Virus record (IMG/VR): IMGVR_UViG_3300046170_000299
Source: a virus
DNA: 64,000 nt
Strand: one strand, 5' to 3'
Position 1 is the first letter of the stretch. Each line of letters opens with the position of its first letter. Both the position numbers and the translations under genes were made by a program. This document shows, piece by piece, positions 1 to 10,479 of this stretch. Under the pieces are notes generated by a model, which was given only the letters and a program-made list of their open reading frames with translations, did not search any database and was not told the DNA's origin.

Positions 1-438
1 TTTGAGGGATATTCTGGTGCTTCTCCTAATCAATCTTGGAGTGCTCTTGGTGGATCAGCAGCAGTATCCAGTGGACCACCAGCAACTCAAAGTGAAGGGG
101 ACCTTTGGTATGATACTGATGATGGTCGCCTCTTTATCTATTATAATGATGGATCTAGTGCTCAATGGGTTGACACTAATCCATATGGACTCCCAACTAA
201 TCTAGTTATTGAAGGAAATATTACTCCAGCTGCTGATAATTCAAGTGACCTTGGTTCAGCAACTAAGCGTTGGGCGAACATCTACTCTGCTGACCTTCAA
301 CTATCTAACGAGGGTGCTGCTAATGATGTAGATGGAACTTGGGGTCAGTACACAATTCAAGAGGGTGAGGAAGACTTGTTCCTGATAAATAGAAGGAGCG
401 GTAAGAAGTACAAATTCATGCTTCAGGAGGTAAACTAA
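1..438 (+). CDS. C-terminal part of a tail-fibre protein (5'-truncated)
   Basis: Frame 1 is open from base 1 to TAA at 436-438: ...GDLWYDTDDGRLFIYYNDG...DLGSATKRWANIYSADLQLSNEG...WGQYTIQEGEEDLFLINRRSGKKYKFMLQEVN, a C-terminus typical of cyanophage fibres. The ORF track missed it because it has no start codon. Confidence 0.85.
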   Translation, partial: FEGYSGASPNQSWSALGGSAAVSSGPPATQSEGDLWYDTDDGRLFIYYNDGSSAQWVDTNPYGLPTNLVIEGNITPAADNSSDLGSATKRWANIYSADLQLSNEGAANDVDGTWGQYTIQEGEEDLFLINRRSGKKYKFMLQEVN

Positions 439-620
439 TGGCACTATATGTCAACGGCACAAAGATGTTAGGTGCCCTTGCTAGTGATCCAACTAGCAAC
501 AACACTGAAGGAGATCAATACTTTAATACTGTAGAGAATGCTTACAAAGTATATAACGGTACTGAGTGGGTAGAGATCTTTACTGACTATGTTCCATCAG
601 GTTCCACCACACTGGGTTGA
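438..620 (+). CDS. small virion/tail-fibre-associated protein
   Basis: ATG overlaps the upstream stop (TAATG); GDQYFNT...KVYNGTEW fibre-type motif. Confidence 0.7.
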   Translation: MALYVNGTKMLGALASDPTSNNTEGDQYFNTVENAYKVYNGTEWVEIFTDYVPSGSTTLG

Positions 621-623
621 TAA

Positions 624-3600
624 ATGGCAAACGAATATTTTCAAAGAACTCCTACCAGTAGTGGTAATAGATCCACGCATACTTGGAGTGGGTGGATAAA
701 GAGAAATGTTTTAGGTGATTGGACTCGTTTGTTCAGCACTGCAGGGACAAACTCTTTTACAACTTACTGGTTCTAGTCCACCAGATCAAATACGATATCT
801 TGATCAAACAGGTAGCAATTATGACTTGCGTAGTTCTTCTCTGTTGAGAGATGTTGGTAGCTGGATGCATATAGTTTTATCTGTAGACCATACACTATCA
901 TTGCCAAGAGACAGAGTTAGAATTTATGTGAATGGTGTTGAACTTGATGATTACTCTACTGATTCTAGTTCAAATGGACCGTCAGAATTGTAGAGCACCA
1001 TATTGGAATTATCAGAAATACGGGCAGCACTTTTGTTAATCCATTTTTAGGTGAACTATTTGATTTATTTTTAGTAGACGGTCAAGCACTCACACCAGAT
1101 GTGTTTGGTTTTTATAAAGATGGAGACGGTTATATGTCTTCTGGAACTACACAAGCAACTGATTTCAGACCAGGACAATGGAGTCCTAGATTACCAAAGT
1201 CAATCAAGTATACGATCAATCGTAGTGGTGGATTCGGTGCCAATGGATTCTATCTGCCTATGAATGATAGTTCTAATCCTGGTGCTGACTTCCACTGTGC
1301 TCCTAATAGTATTATCAAAACTGAAGGGAGAGGACTTACCACAACCACGTAATGGTGCTCCTACAACTTCTGATGCTTATGTCAGTCAGTTAAGAACACA
1401 GACAGGTGAATTGTTTAATGATGGTGTCGTTAAATTTTACTTCAACAAATAGAAATGCATTACAAGATAGTGGCGATGCAATCAATCTTGGAACTGGTGA
1501 ATTTACTGTAGAAGCTTTTGTTTATCATAGTGATATTCCGCAAAATTCTTTGCAGTATATCTTTATGAATTCATCTCAGAGCAATACTACTACATTTGCA
1601 TTTGCTGTTGAATCGGATCGTATTGTTGCTGGTGCATTTGCTGGTAGTTTCTCAAACTCTACAAAAGTAGAAGCAACATTTCCTGTAGGAAGTCTTAAAA
1701 CAGGTAAGTGGTATCATTATGCTGCTTGTAGAAGTGGAAATACACTCCGTCTGTTTATTGATGGTAGAATGGTGGTGGAGGATACTTCCCACACAGAAAA
1801 CTATAATAACACCAGTGCGTTTGGGTGTAGAGTTGGATGCGAAGCAGGTGCTGGTGCTACTGCTGCTGGATTTAAAGCCATCAAGGGATTCATTTCAAAC
1901 GTTCGTGTTGTAAATGGAACTGCCCTTTATACTTCAAACTTTACACCACCAACATCTGCTCTTACCGCAGTAACTAATACTGTTCTTCTTTGTTGCCAGT
2001 CTCCATCATCACCAACTGCTGCTGCTGTATCACCTGGAACTTTATCAGTTCTAACTGAGGGAGATGGTCTAACTGCTGGTAGAAATGAATTAGATGCTTC
2101 TATTGTTCTTGCTGTTCCTGGTATTTCTACTGCGACTGGTGTTAATTTAGTTACGAACGGACATTTTGATACTGATACCAGCGGTTGGAGTTCTTTTAGT
2201 AGCGCAACATTAACTCAAGTAAATGGTACATTAAAAGTAGAATGTACTGGAGGTGATACAGTTTCTGCGGGTAGCTATAATTTTGCTACTGTTAATGGGC
2301 AGAGATATACCGTATCTGTTGAAGTAATATCTAGAACTGGCACTACTGAGTTGGGAATTTCAAATAATTCTACTGTTGGTGCAGGTGCAAATATTTTATC
2401 TACTAATGACGGTTCAGCATCACTTGATTTAGGTTTAAATTCTAGGTCTTTTACTGCTACAGGAACAACAACATACATTGGTCTTTGGACTTCTGGAATA
2501 GCAAATGCAGCAAACACAAATGCAATCTATGATAATGTTGTAGTCAAACAAGAAGACGCACCAAGAGATTACTCTGCTGATATCAAAGGTAGTGGAACTA
2601 ATAAGACACTTACAGCAACTGGTAATGCTGGTGTTGGTTATGATCTTGGTGGATATTATGGAAGTGCTATGACCTTTGATGGAACTGGTGATTTCTTATC
2701 AATTCCCAACAACTCAGATTTTAATTATAGTGATGGTGGAGATTTTACGATTGAACTCTGGTTGTATAGAAAAAATACTGGTGGTAATGATGCCGTAATA
2801 GGCGTTTTTGAAAATAGTGTTGCTAGAAGAGGATGGCAAATTGAACAAAGAGCAAATGAAGCTTTAAGATTTCAGTGGTGGGCAGATGGTTCAACTGGTA
2901 GCGGCACACTTGACACTCCAACTTCTGCTGTACCAATTGACCAATGGACTCATATTTGTGCCGAGAGAAATGGAGATTTAGTAACACTGTATATTAATGG
3001 TGTTGCTAGTGCTGTGGACACATCTGCTGGATCTTTTTATAATAACACCGTAGATCCATTAAGAATTGGTGTATTAAATGCTGCAGGTGATTCGGATTTA
3101 AATGCTAACATCCAAGACGTTCGTATCTACAAAGGTCTAGCAAAATACAAAGGTGGTTTTGATGTTCCCAAACCTTACACACCAGTAGGTATTGAGGCAT
3201 TTAGAACAACTGATGATACTTGTAAGAATAACTTTGCTACTTTGAATCCATTAGATGAAGCTGATATGCCTGTTTCAAACGGTAATTTAGCTATAGATCA
3301 AAGTAGTGGAGGATGGCATACCCTACTAGGAACACAATATGTAAGTAGTGGAAAATGGTATGCAGAAATGAGAATGGATAGATTAGGTTGGATCATGTTT
3401 GGTGTAGATCAAACGTGGTTAGAAACAAACTCAAAACATATTGGTGGTCAGACTGGATCTAAGGGGATGGCAGTAGTATATAATACAGGAAGTCGAGGAG
3501 ATATAACATATAATGGCGCAAATAGCGTATATACTGGGGGAGATACTACAGCAGCAACTGGGGATATTATATCAATTGCTCTTGATTTGGACAATAATAA

Positions 3601-4831
3601 TGTTAAATTCTTCAAAAATAATGTCCAGCAATACAATTTAGATAATTTATTGGAATCAGGAGAACAATATTCAATTGGAGCGTCCCCTTATTCTAATGTT
3701 GCTATAACAATTAACTTCGGTCAAAACCCAACATTCTCTGGTGCTCTAACAGCAGGAACAAACGCAGATGATAGTGGTAAGGGACTGTTTAAGTATGCTC
3801 CTCCAAGTGGTTTCCTAGCATTATGTGAGGATAACTTACCTGCTCCTGCGATTGCTGACCCTGGTAAGCATTTTAAAACTGTGCTCTGGTCTGGTGATGG
3901 TAATAGTGGTAGAAATATTACTGGTGTAGGATTCAAACCAGATTTGGTTTGGATAAAAAGGAGAGATGGTGCTGATGTTCGACATTATCTATTTGATTTG
4001 ATTAGAGGACCTCTTAAAGGATTAGATCCAAGCGATGGTATTGCTGAAGTAGAAGGATCTACATGGTTACAATCTTTTGATTCTAATGGATTCTCGTTAG
4101 GATCTTCTGGTGGTCTCAATGGGTCTGGAAATAACTATGTGGCATGGTGCTGGAAGGCTGGTGGTCCTGCAGTAACAAACACTGAGGGAAATATCACAAC
4201 ACAGGTGAGTGCTAATCCAGAAGCTGGATTTAGTATTATAAGATCACCTGGACCTGGAACCTCTGGGCATGGATTGAATAGTACACCAAAATTTATTATT
4301 CAGAAGTCTGTTGGTACTGGAAATTGGAATGTTGCTCATGCTGACCTATATGCTTCAGGTGGTACTGGCAAAATACTACTTAACCTAAATGGTGGTGTTG
4401 TAGCATCTAGTACAACATATATGCATGAAGCTACTGCTACAACATTTGACCCATTATTTTCTGCAGACCAAATGGCTTACGTGTGGGCAGAAGTAGAAAA
4501 TTTCAGTAAGTTTGGAAGTTATATTGGAAATGAAAATGCTGACGGAAGTTTCATATATTGTGGATTTAAACCAGCATTTGTCATAACAAAGAGAATTGAT
4601 GGCAATGGTAATTGGTTGATACATGACTCTTCAAGAGATCCTGTAAATCCTGTTATGGGAGCATTATATGCAAATGAACCCGATCCAGAAGGAAGCGCAG
4701 TAAGAGTTGATTTTGTTTCTAATGGATTTAAACATAGAAATGCTGATGGTGGAACAGCAAATAATTATGCCAATAATTATATCTTCGCTGCTTTTGCTGA
4801 GTCGCCATTCCAAACAGCTAACGCTAAGTAA
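624..4831 (+). CDS. large tail-fibre/virion protein with LamG (concanavalin-like) and SPRY-like domains; 5' end broken by about 4 frameshifts
   Basis: ATG at 624 (MANEYFQRTPTSSGNR..TWSGWIKR) continues through track ORFs 715-993, 1101-1352, 1264-1452 and 1406-4831. Motifs: FTVEAF...WYHYAACRSG..LRLFIDG, FTIELW...WTHICAER, SGKWYAE...GDIISIALDLDN, FKPDLVWIKRR. Confidence 0.8.
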
Positions 4832-4837
4832 TAAATA
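4830..4837 (+). promoter_or_regulatory. T4-type late promoter (AATAAATA)
   Basis: Matches the NATAAATA cyanophage late consensus, about 30 nt upstream of a structural gene. Confidence 0.6.
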
Positions 4838-4865
4838 CATCAGGGTATCTCTAATCTAAAATCAA

Positions 4866-6038
4866 ATGGCAATCAATTTTCCCACTAGTCCCAGTACAAA
4901 TGATACTTTTACTGTAGGATTCATCACATACAAATGGGATGGAGCTAAGTGGATTGGACAGGGTGTTACTCCTGAAACTGATAGATTAGTTGAGGGTAGT
5001 AATAAGTTAGAGATTAATGATAGTAATGAATTAGTTTGGACTGGTGGTGATGCTAAGTTTGGTGGATCCTTGGAAGTTGGTGCCAACATAGATCTAACGG
5101 ATTCCACAGTTGATCTTTACTCTCAAACAACAAACGCAGCATCGAAAACTTTCCAACTGTTTTCTGATATAGGCGGTACAAAAACAGAGAAATTATCCAT
5201 TACAGCAAACGGTGCCGCCACGCTTGGTGGTGTTTGTAAGGTTGACCGTACTGTATCGGGCGATGGTTGCTTCCACGCCGCATTAAATGGGACAGTAAAA
5301 GCTTCTATCACATCAGCAGGCAGCGCCACGTTTCTTGGTGATGTTGGCATTGGAAGTAGTGCTAGTCCTAGAACTGAATTGGATTTATTTGATGGACAAC
5401 TATCATTTAGTCATAGAACAGATTATTCAATAAGATTTTATAATGGTACTGGTAATAACTGGTCTGCAATACTTAATCCTAGCATTAATGATGGAACTAA
5501 CGCTTCTGCGCTATCATTTAAGGTAGCTACAGGTGAAGCACTTCGTATAGATACTGCTGGCGAAGTAACAAAACCAAAGCAACCAGCATTTATTGTTAGG
5601 TATTCTGTTAATGAAACCACTTGGAATGTAGCGACAGACGGTTGGACAAAAATTCCTTTTGACGAAGAAAATATGGATAGGGGTGGTAATTTTAATACTT
5701 CTACTAGTGAATTCACAGCACCAGTTGCTGGTACGTATCTGTTCGGAGCAGAATTACAATTAGAAGCTCCTAATGGAATTAGTAGCGGTTATCTTACAAG
5801 TGGATCTAATTGGATGTATATTACTTTCATAGTAAATGGTTCTACAACATTGGTTGAAAGTGAAGGTGGAACTAGAACTGATGCTAATTTCAATTCGATG
5901 TATAATTCATATAATCCCACTCACCTATTGCAATTAGCTGCTGGCGATACAGTTTGTATGTACCGCAATGGAAACTATTCTACTATTAAATTTAAAGGTG
6001 GTGGCGAATCTGTTTTCTGGGGATACTTGGTAGGATAA
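4866..6038 (+). CDS. tail-fibre protein with C-terminal C1q-like domain
   Basis: N-terminus MAINFPTSPSTNDTF...YKWDGAKW is a fibre attachment motif; C-terminus PAF...IPFD...NFNTSTSEFTAPVAGTYLF...LQLAAGDTV...FWGYLVG is C1q-like. Confidence 0.8.
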   Translation: MAINFPTSPSTNDTFTVGFITYKWDGAKWIGQGVTPETDRLVEGSNKLEINDSNELVWTGGDAKFGGSLEVGANIDLTDSTVDLYSQTTNAASKTFQLFSDIGGTKTEKLSITANGAATLGGVCKVDRTVSGDGCFHAALNGTVKASITSAGSATFLGDVGIGSSASPRTELDLFDGQLSFSHRTDYSIRFYNGTGNNWSAILNPSINDGTNASALSFKVATGEALRIDTAGEVTKPKQPAFIVRYSVNETTWNVATDGWTKIPFDEENMDRGGNFNTSTSEFTAPVAGTYLFGAELQLEAPNGISSGYLTSGSNWMYITFIVNGSTTLVESEGGTRTDANFNSMYNSYNPTHLLQLAAGDTVCMYRNGNYSTIKFKGGGESVFWGYLVG

Positions 6039-6065
6039 ATAGAGCTGTTGTATTATGTGGGAGAT

Positions 6066-6497
6066 ATGTCAGAAGAAGTAAAGAAAGAAGAACCTAAAAA
6101 GAAAGGTATTCTTGGTAAACTGAAAGAAGCAGCAGACGATAAGGAAGAACAACTTGCAATTCTCTCTACCTTTGTCCGTCTTGGTATTCTTGTTTGGTCT
6201 GGTGGAATTCTTACTCTGGCGTATATTAAACTACCTCCTGCCTTGGGAATTCCTGAGCAGAAACTCGATCCAACTTTCATAGCTTCGGTCTTTACTGGAG
6301 TTTTAGCTACTTTTGGTGTGCAAGCAGCAAAGAAAGCAGGAGATGGTGGTGGTGGTAATGGTGGTGGTATCACTAAAGAACAGATGGAGAGACTGATTGA
6401 GAAGGCAGCACAAACTGCTCCTTCACAAACAATTAGAATCGAACAAGCACCTGTTAAGATTACGACCTCGGATAAAGATGACACTTACAAAATGTAA
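6066..6497 (+). CDS. conserved cyanophage membrane protein (2 TM)
   Basis: Hydrophobic segments ILVWSGGILTLAYI and FIASVFTGVLATFGV; likely start MSEEVKKEE. Confidence 0.75.
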   Translation: MSEEVKKEEPKKKGILGKLKEAADDKEEQLAILSTFVRLGILVWSGGILTLAYIKLPPALGIPEQKLDPTFIASVFTGVLATFGVQAAKKAGDGGGGNGGGITKEQMERLIEKAAQTAPSQTIRIEQAPVKITTSDKDDTYKM

Positions 6498-6502
6498 TTA
6501 CT

Positions 6503-6751
6503 ATGCAAAAAATTATTAACGCAATCGCTATTCTCAGTGGTGTAGTATCACTCACAGTTGTGGGTGGTGGAACATATCTTTATATGAATAAAGATACACT
6601 GGTAGAAGATGCTAGAGGAAAAATTACAAAGGCAGTAACTGAAGCAGTTACAGGTTCACTTCCTGGTTTAGTTGGTGGTTCTATGCCAGAACTACCTAGT
6701 CAAACTGGTGGAGCTATTCCTGATATTGGTGGTTCTGCATTGCCATTCTGA
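6503..6751 (+). CDS. small membrane-anchored protein
   Basis: N-terminal TM IINAIAILSGVVSLTVVGGGTYLY. Confidence 0.75.
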   Translation: MQKIINAIAILSGVVSLTVVGGGTYLYMNKDTLVEDARGKITKAVTEAVTGSLPGLVGGSMPELPSQTGGAIPDIGGSALPF

Positions 6752-6753
6752 TC

Positions 6754-7318
6754 ATGACTAAACTAAAGATTGTTGCTGCTACTGTTGGAGGTTTATTCGC
6801 AGTAGCACATATCGGATTGTTAGGGTTATGTATTCAGAAGACCCAATATTCCACAGGTTCCTGCTATCAATATTCCCCATGGGGAGTATTCATCTTATAG
6901 TATCAAAGCAGGTAAAGATGGATACCAAATTGATTTTAGAGCAAACGATCCTGCTATCTTAGAATCTGAACAAACACTAGATCTTTTAAAAAATAAGAAA
7001 GGACTGTTTGGTGGTGGTATAGAAGACCGTCTAGAATATCGTCGTGATCAATTCACTATGGATGGGTTTAGAAACCTAGGAGGTGCAACTAATGAGCAGG
7101 GAAAGTCTGCGAAAGAAGTAGAGTGCATCGTGGCGGACGCTGGCGCACGGAGTCAAGGTGCAATGGCAGGTAGTGCTATCGCTGCTGGTGTTGCTGTTCC
7201 TGCCCTTTCTGGCATCCCCTATGTGGGTTGGTTAGCTGGTGGTTGGGCGTTACTTCTAGGTAACAAAGCAGGATCTGAGGCAGGATCACAAATTGGTAGT
7301 GTATTCAATGATTGTTGA
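6754..7318 (+). CDS. membrane protein with C-terminal glycine-zipper-like helices; one frameshift near 6826
   Basis: ATG 6754 (MTKLKIVAATVGGLFAVAHIGLL) joins track ORF 7058-7318 if one G is removed from ttagggttatg; GAMAGSAIAAG...GWLAGGWALLLG. Confidence 0.7.
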
Positions 7319-8080
7319 TGGAAATTCCTGAAATTAGATTGAGAGGGAGGGGAGATTGATACTATCAAAATCCCTTTCACTCCTGATTATTTGTTAGATC
7401 CACCTCAAGCAATTCCAATCTATCCACCAATAACTGGTGAAATTGGTGTTCCTATTGTAGACATTCCTGGTTGTGTGGAAGCACATGATGTGGATGAAAA
7501 CAATATGCTTGAGACTGCTGACCCAAAAGGTGTCAGGACATATTGTGATGCTGGAATGCCATCTTATAATCCTATTGATTATAATAAAGATGAACTGCAG
7601 TTTACAGGAGAAGCAGAAGTACCTCCTGTGAGATCACCAGAATCACCAGAGGTAGATTCACCTAAAATACCAAAGGATACTAATACTGCTTCAATAAAGT
7701 GTCCTACAGAAGCACAACAACTGAAGGAACCTATTGGTACGTTAGTAGATAACGGAACTAAAAAAATTATTGAGTATAGATTGGTTGGAAAAGAATGTAT
7801 ACCAATCAAAGAAGAGATTACTGTTGTTGATCAATTTATTAAAGGAATACCATCTACAAACCAAGTGACAACAACAGCATCAATTGCTATCGTAGCAACT
7901 GCAGCTGCGACTGCCACTCCTTTCCTATTGAAAGTTGTTAAACCAATTGTCAAACAGATCATTAAAAAAGTTAAGAAGTTATTAGGAAAAGAACCTCCTA
8001 AACTATCTTCTAATGAAATTCAAACTAATAAGTATAGAGAGAAGAGAGGATTACCTCCTTTCAAACTACCCAAAAAATAA
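7318..8080 (+). CDS. Pro-rich protein with C-terminal TM and basic tail; frameshift near 7345
   Basis: ATG 7318 overlaps the previous stop (MEIPEI...); joins track ORF 7391-8080 after a G-rich run. Confidence 0.7.
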
Positions 8081-8092
8081 TTTTAAAAGAAC

Positions 8093-8260
8093 GTGACAAA
8101 CTACAAAGAAATTGATTGGCGAGAAGATTATAAAAAGTACACCAACGACCCGAGAGATCTTCGACGTTTAGAAGAGGGTGCAACAAGTTTGGCACAGTCA
8201 TGGCATTTACAAGCCATGTTTTATAGATGGAAGAAGATTGTGGGTATCAATCACCAATAG
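8093..8260 (+). CDS. small hypothetical protein (55 aa, GTG start)
   Basis: MTNYKEIDWREDYKKYTNDPRDLRRLEEGATSLAQSWHLQAMFYRWKKIVGINHQ; fills the gap and converges on the minus-strand operon. Confidence 0.6.
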   Translation: MTNYKEIDWREDYKKYTNDPRDLRRLEEGATSLAQSWHLQAMFYRWKKIVGINHQ

Positions 8261-9107
8261 AGATAGGAAGACCTAACACTGATGCATCAGTGCTAACTTT
8301 GGGTTTCGCATTAGGAATCTTATGTACATGTGGAACCATAAAGTTTACACCTTGTACTTGAACGTCTGCACATATCCTTGCATATTTTGTACCAGGTGCG
8401 AATCGAATTCCAGATTTCATTAACTCCCCACAATTTTTAAGACGAGCTATCTCAAAGTCTAATCTTTTATTAGCATTAGCTTGTTGCATCAAAGCAATGT
8501 TAGACTGTGCTGCTTCTTTACATAACTGCTGTAATTTTTTATCTCTTGGAACAGACCATGTTGCACTGATACCAACGGATAAGTTGTAATTATCTTTCTG
8601 TCCAGTTCTAGTTGGTTGCATCCATAATATGTCACCAGGATTATCAGGTGCTCCATCCTCATCCATGTCTCTCATGTCATAGACAGGAGTATCAAAGAAA
8701 TCTTCATATGGTTTTTGTGCTGATGCACTACCAGTAATGAATGGTGTAAAGTTTACAGTTTCACCTTGACACTGAATACCAGCACCATAAGTATTAGTAA
8801 TATATGGTCCTTGTAAAACCTGAATTGCCTGGTTGGTAACTGAGCCTGAGCTATTTGCTACGGGAGATGCGGTTGCACTTACACCCCCTACAGTTTCCGC
8901 CCGAATGGCAGGGACAGTTGCAAGATTTGTTAGACATAGTGTTATTGCGAGAAGATACTTGTTGTGTCGGTTACGCTGGTAACCTCTGTTACTCTTTCGA
9001 TAATCGTATGATTCTGAAGACCTGGTCCGTTGTATGTAGTTGTGAACTGAAAAGCTTCGCCTGGTGTTGTCTGTGTAAACGTTGGCGTGCTGTTTACTCC
9101 TGTCCAT
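8247..9107 (-). CDS. conserved secreted protein (start uncertain)
   Basis: Signal-peptide-like KYLLAITLCLTNLATVPAIRA followed by ETVGGVSATASPVANSSGSVTNQAIQ. The only upstream in-frame ATG lies 166 nt inside the preceding gene. Confidence 0.75.
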   Translation of the reverse strand: MDRSKQHANVYTDNTRRSFSVHNYIQRTRSSESYDYRKSNRGYQRNRHNKYLLAITLCLTNLATVPAIRAETVGGVSATASPVANSSGSVTNQAIQVLQGPYITNTYGAGIQCQGETVNFTPFITGSASAQKPYEDFFDTPVYDMRDMDEDGAPDNPGDILWMQPTRTGQKDNYNLSVGISATWSVPRDKKLQQLCKEAAQSNIALMQQANANKRLDFEIARLKNCGELMKSGIRFAPGTKYARICADVQVQGVNFMVPHVHKIPNAKPKVSTDASVLGLPISIGD

Positions 9108-9388
9108 GATGATGTCACTCCATTAATAGTTACGTTGTTAGAACCTGTACTTGGTGCTAGGTTCCCACTTGCAGTTACGCCTGATCCAGTGACAGAATAT
9201 TGATATCCTGTCGCATAGTCCATGCTGTTTATAGTTTCAGTTACTTTTGAGCTCGTCTCGGTGTGGCTGGTCATACTTCCCTGTTGAAAATTTGGGACCA
9301 CGGGGACCGCCAGAGCAGCGACAGGAATAAGACTCACTCCCACCACAGACATCACAATATATGTGGTTGTCTTTCCAAAAAGGGTCAT
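8942..9388 (-). CDS. conserved secreted Thr/Ser-rich beta protein
   Basis: Signal peptide ...VVGVSLIPVAALA then VPVVPNFQQGSMTS; ends DTTSIFSQ. Confidence 0.8.
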   Translation of the reverse strand: MTLFGKTTTYIVMSVVGVSLIPVAALAVPVVPNFQQGSMTSHTETSSKVTETINSMDYATGYQYSVTGSGVTASGNLAPSTGSNNVTINGVTSSWTGVNSTPTFTQTTPGEAFQFTTTYNGPGLQNHTIIERVTEVTSVTDTTSIFSQ

Positions 9389-9403
9389 TGCGAATTTCCT
9401 CCA

Positions 9404-9898
9404 TTAATCAATCACAGTGATCTCAGAGACGAATTGTCCTGTTGCCGTAGTGCCAGCTCCACCAGCTGTAATTCCGATGACATTTGCACTAGTGATAGTA
9501 CCTGCTAGAGCACCAGCAGCTCCAGCTGTGTAAGAAGTTACACTACTAAAGTTTGGAACTGCACCTACTGTAGGAGCAGATGATGGTACTGCATCACCTG
9601 CAGTGTATGATTGACTGAAGGAGAAAGCAGCGCCTGCTGTGTCTTGAGTAGCAGCAATAGTACCAGGAGCATATACTCCAGAAGTAATAGTGCCAACAGA
9701 GACTGTTCCTGCTGTGTTACCATCGGTAGTATCAATATTTGAACCAGAGATACTGAATGAGGAACCGATTCTTGAAGCTTGAGACATTGCAGCATCAACG
9801 TTGAGTTGAACACTCGATGCGTGTTTAGTAATAAGTCCACCTGCTTGTGCAGCACTGGTGGTCATCAGTAGCATAACGATAGGAAGGAATTTCTTCAT
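9404..9898 (-). CDS. conserved secreted Ala/Gly/Thr-rich protein
   Basis: Signal peptide MKKFLPIVMLLMTTSAAQA; GGAGG..RBS follows its stop for the next gene. Confidence 0.85.
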   Translation of the reverse strand: MKKFLPIVMLLMTTSAAQAGGLITKHASSVQLNVDAAMSQASRIGSSFSISGSNIDTTDGNTAGTVSVGTITSGVYAPGTIAATQDTAGAAFSFSQSYTAGDAVPSSAPTVGAVPNFSSVTSYTAGAAGALAGTITSANVIGITAGGAGTTATGQFVSEITVID

Positions 9899-9919
9899 AG
9901 CGCATATAATTTGGATCCG

Positions 9920-9930
9920 TATTTATTTAT
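9920..9930 (-). promoter_or_regulatory. late promoter for the minus-strand secreted-protein operon
   Basis: Reads ATAAATAAATA on the minus strand, about 20 nt upstream of ATG 9898. Confidence 0.6.
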
Positions 9931-9977
9931 CAAATCAACTTATGTTCGCAATAAGCAATATTAATTTTGATAGGGGC

Positions 9978-10006
9978 TTGACAAACCTTAATGTTTGCTA
10001 TATAGT
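9978..10006 (+). promoter_or_regulatory. sigma70-type promoter for the hli cluster
   Basis: TTGACA-17 nt-TATAGT. Confidence 0.75.
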
Positions 10007-10033
10007 ATTGTAGTATTTCTTTACAAAAGACAA

Positions 10034-10234
10034 ATGACTGTAACAACTGAAGACGGCGGACGCACTAACATGTTTGCACAGGAACCTTCCATGTCCTATG
10101 TTGACAACTATGATGGATATGGTCCTAATGCTGAAAAACTCAATGGTCGTCTAGCTATGATCGGGTTTGTTGCTGGCATTATTTCTTATGTAACATCAGG
10201 AAGCTTCTTCTTCTTCGGAATCCTAGGGTTCTGA
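10034..10234 (+). CDS. hli: high-light-inducible protein
   Basis: NAEKLNGRLAMIGFVAG chlorophyll-binding motif; N-terminus MTVTTEDGGRTNMFAQEP. Confidence 0.95.
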   Translation: MTVTTEDGGRTNMFAQEPSMSYVDNYDGYGPNAEKLNGRLAMIGFVAGIISYVTSGSFFFFGILGF

Positions 10235-10282
10235 TTCAATACACAAAACAACACACAATTAACACACAATAGGTACACTATC

Positions 10283-10390
10283 ATGACTCCAGAAGCAGAA
10301 CGTTTTAACGGTTGGGCAGCAATGCTTGGTTTCGTAGCAGCAGTTGGCGCATACGCAACTACTGGTCAGGTTATTCCTGGCATTTTCTAA
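10283..10390 (+). CDS. hli: high-light-inducible protein (35 aa)
   Basis: MTPEAERFNGWAAMLGFVAAVGAYATTGQVIPGIF; below the ORF track size cut-off. Confidence 0.95.
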   Translation: MTPEAERFNGWAAMLGFVAAVGAYATTGQVIPGIF

Positions 10391-10479
10391 TGAACAGACA
10401 CCCAGTGCCCCTTAAGATAGTGCCATACATCTTTATGTTGGCACTGGGGACTAGTACACTTACAACGGCAATAATTTAA
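10390..10479 (+). CDS. 29-aa hydrophobic microprotein
   Basis: MNRHPVPLKIVPYIFMLALGTSTLTTAII; coupled by TAATG junctions at both ends. Confidence 0.55.
   Translation: MNRHPVPLKIVPYIFMLALGTSTLTTAII

Noticed and set aside
624-1450. Pseudogene or stop-codon readthrough in the first fibre gene
   Set aside because: The breaks are frame changes, not in-frame stops, and match the insertion-error pattern seen elsewhere.
1-6038. Diversity-generating retroelement targeting fibre tips
   Set aside because: No reverse transcriptase and no template/variable repeat pair seen in this window.
10009-10025. Possible NtcA box at the hli promoter (TGTAGTATTTCTTTACA)
   Set aside because: Spacing is N9 or N6, not GTA-N8-TAC.
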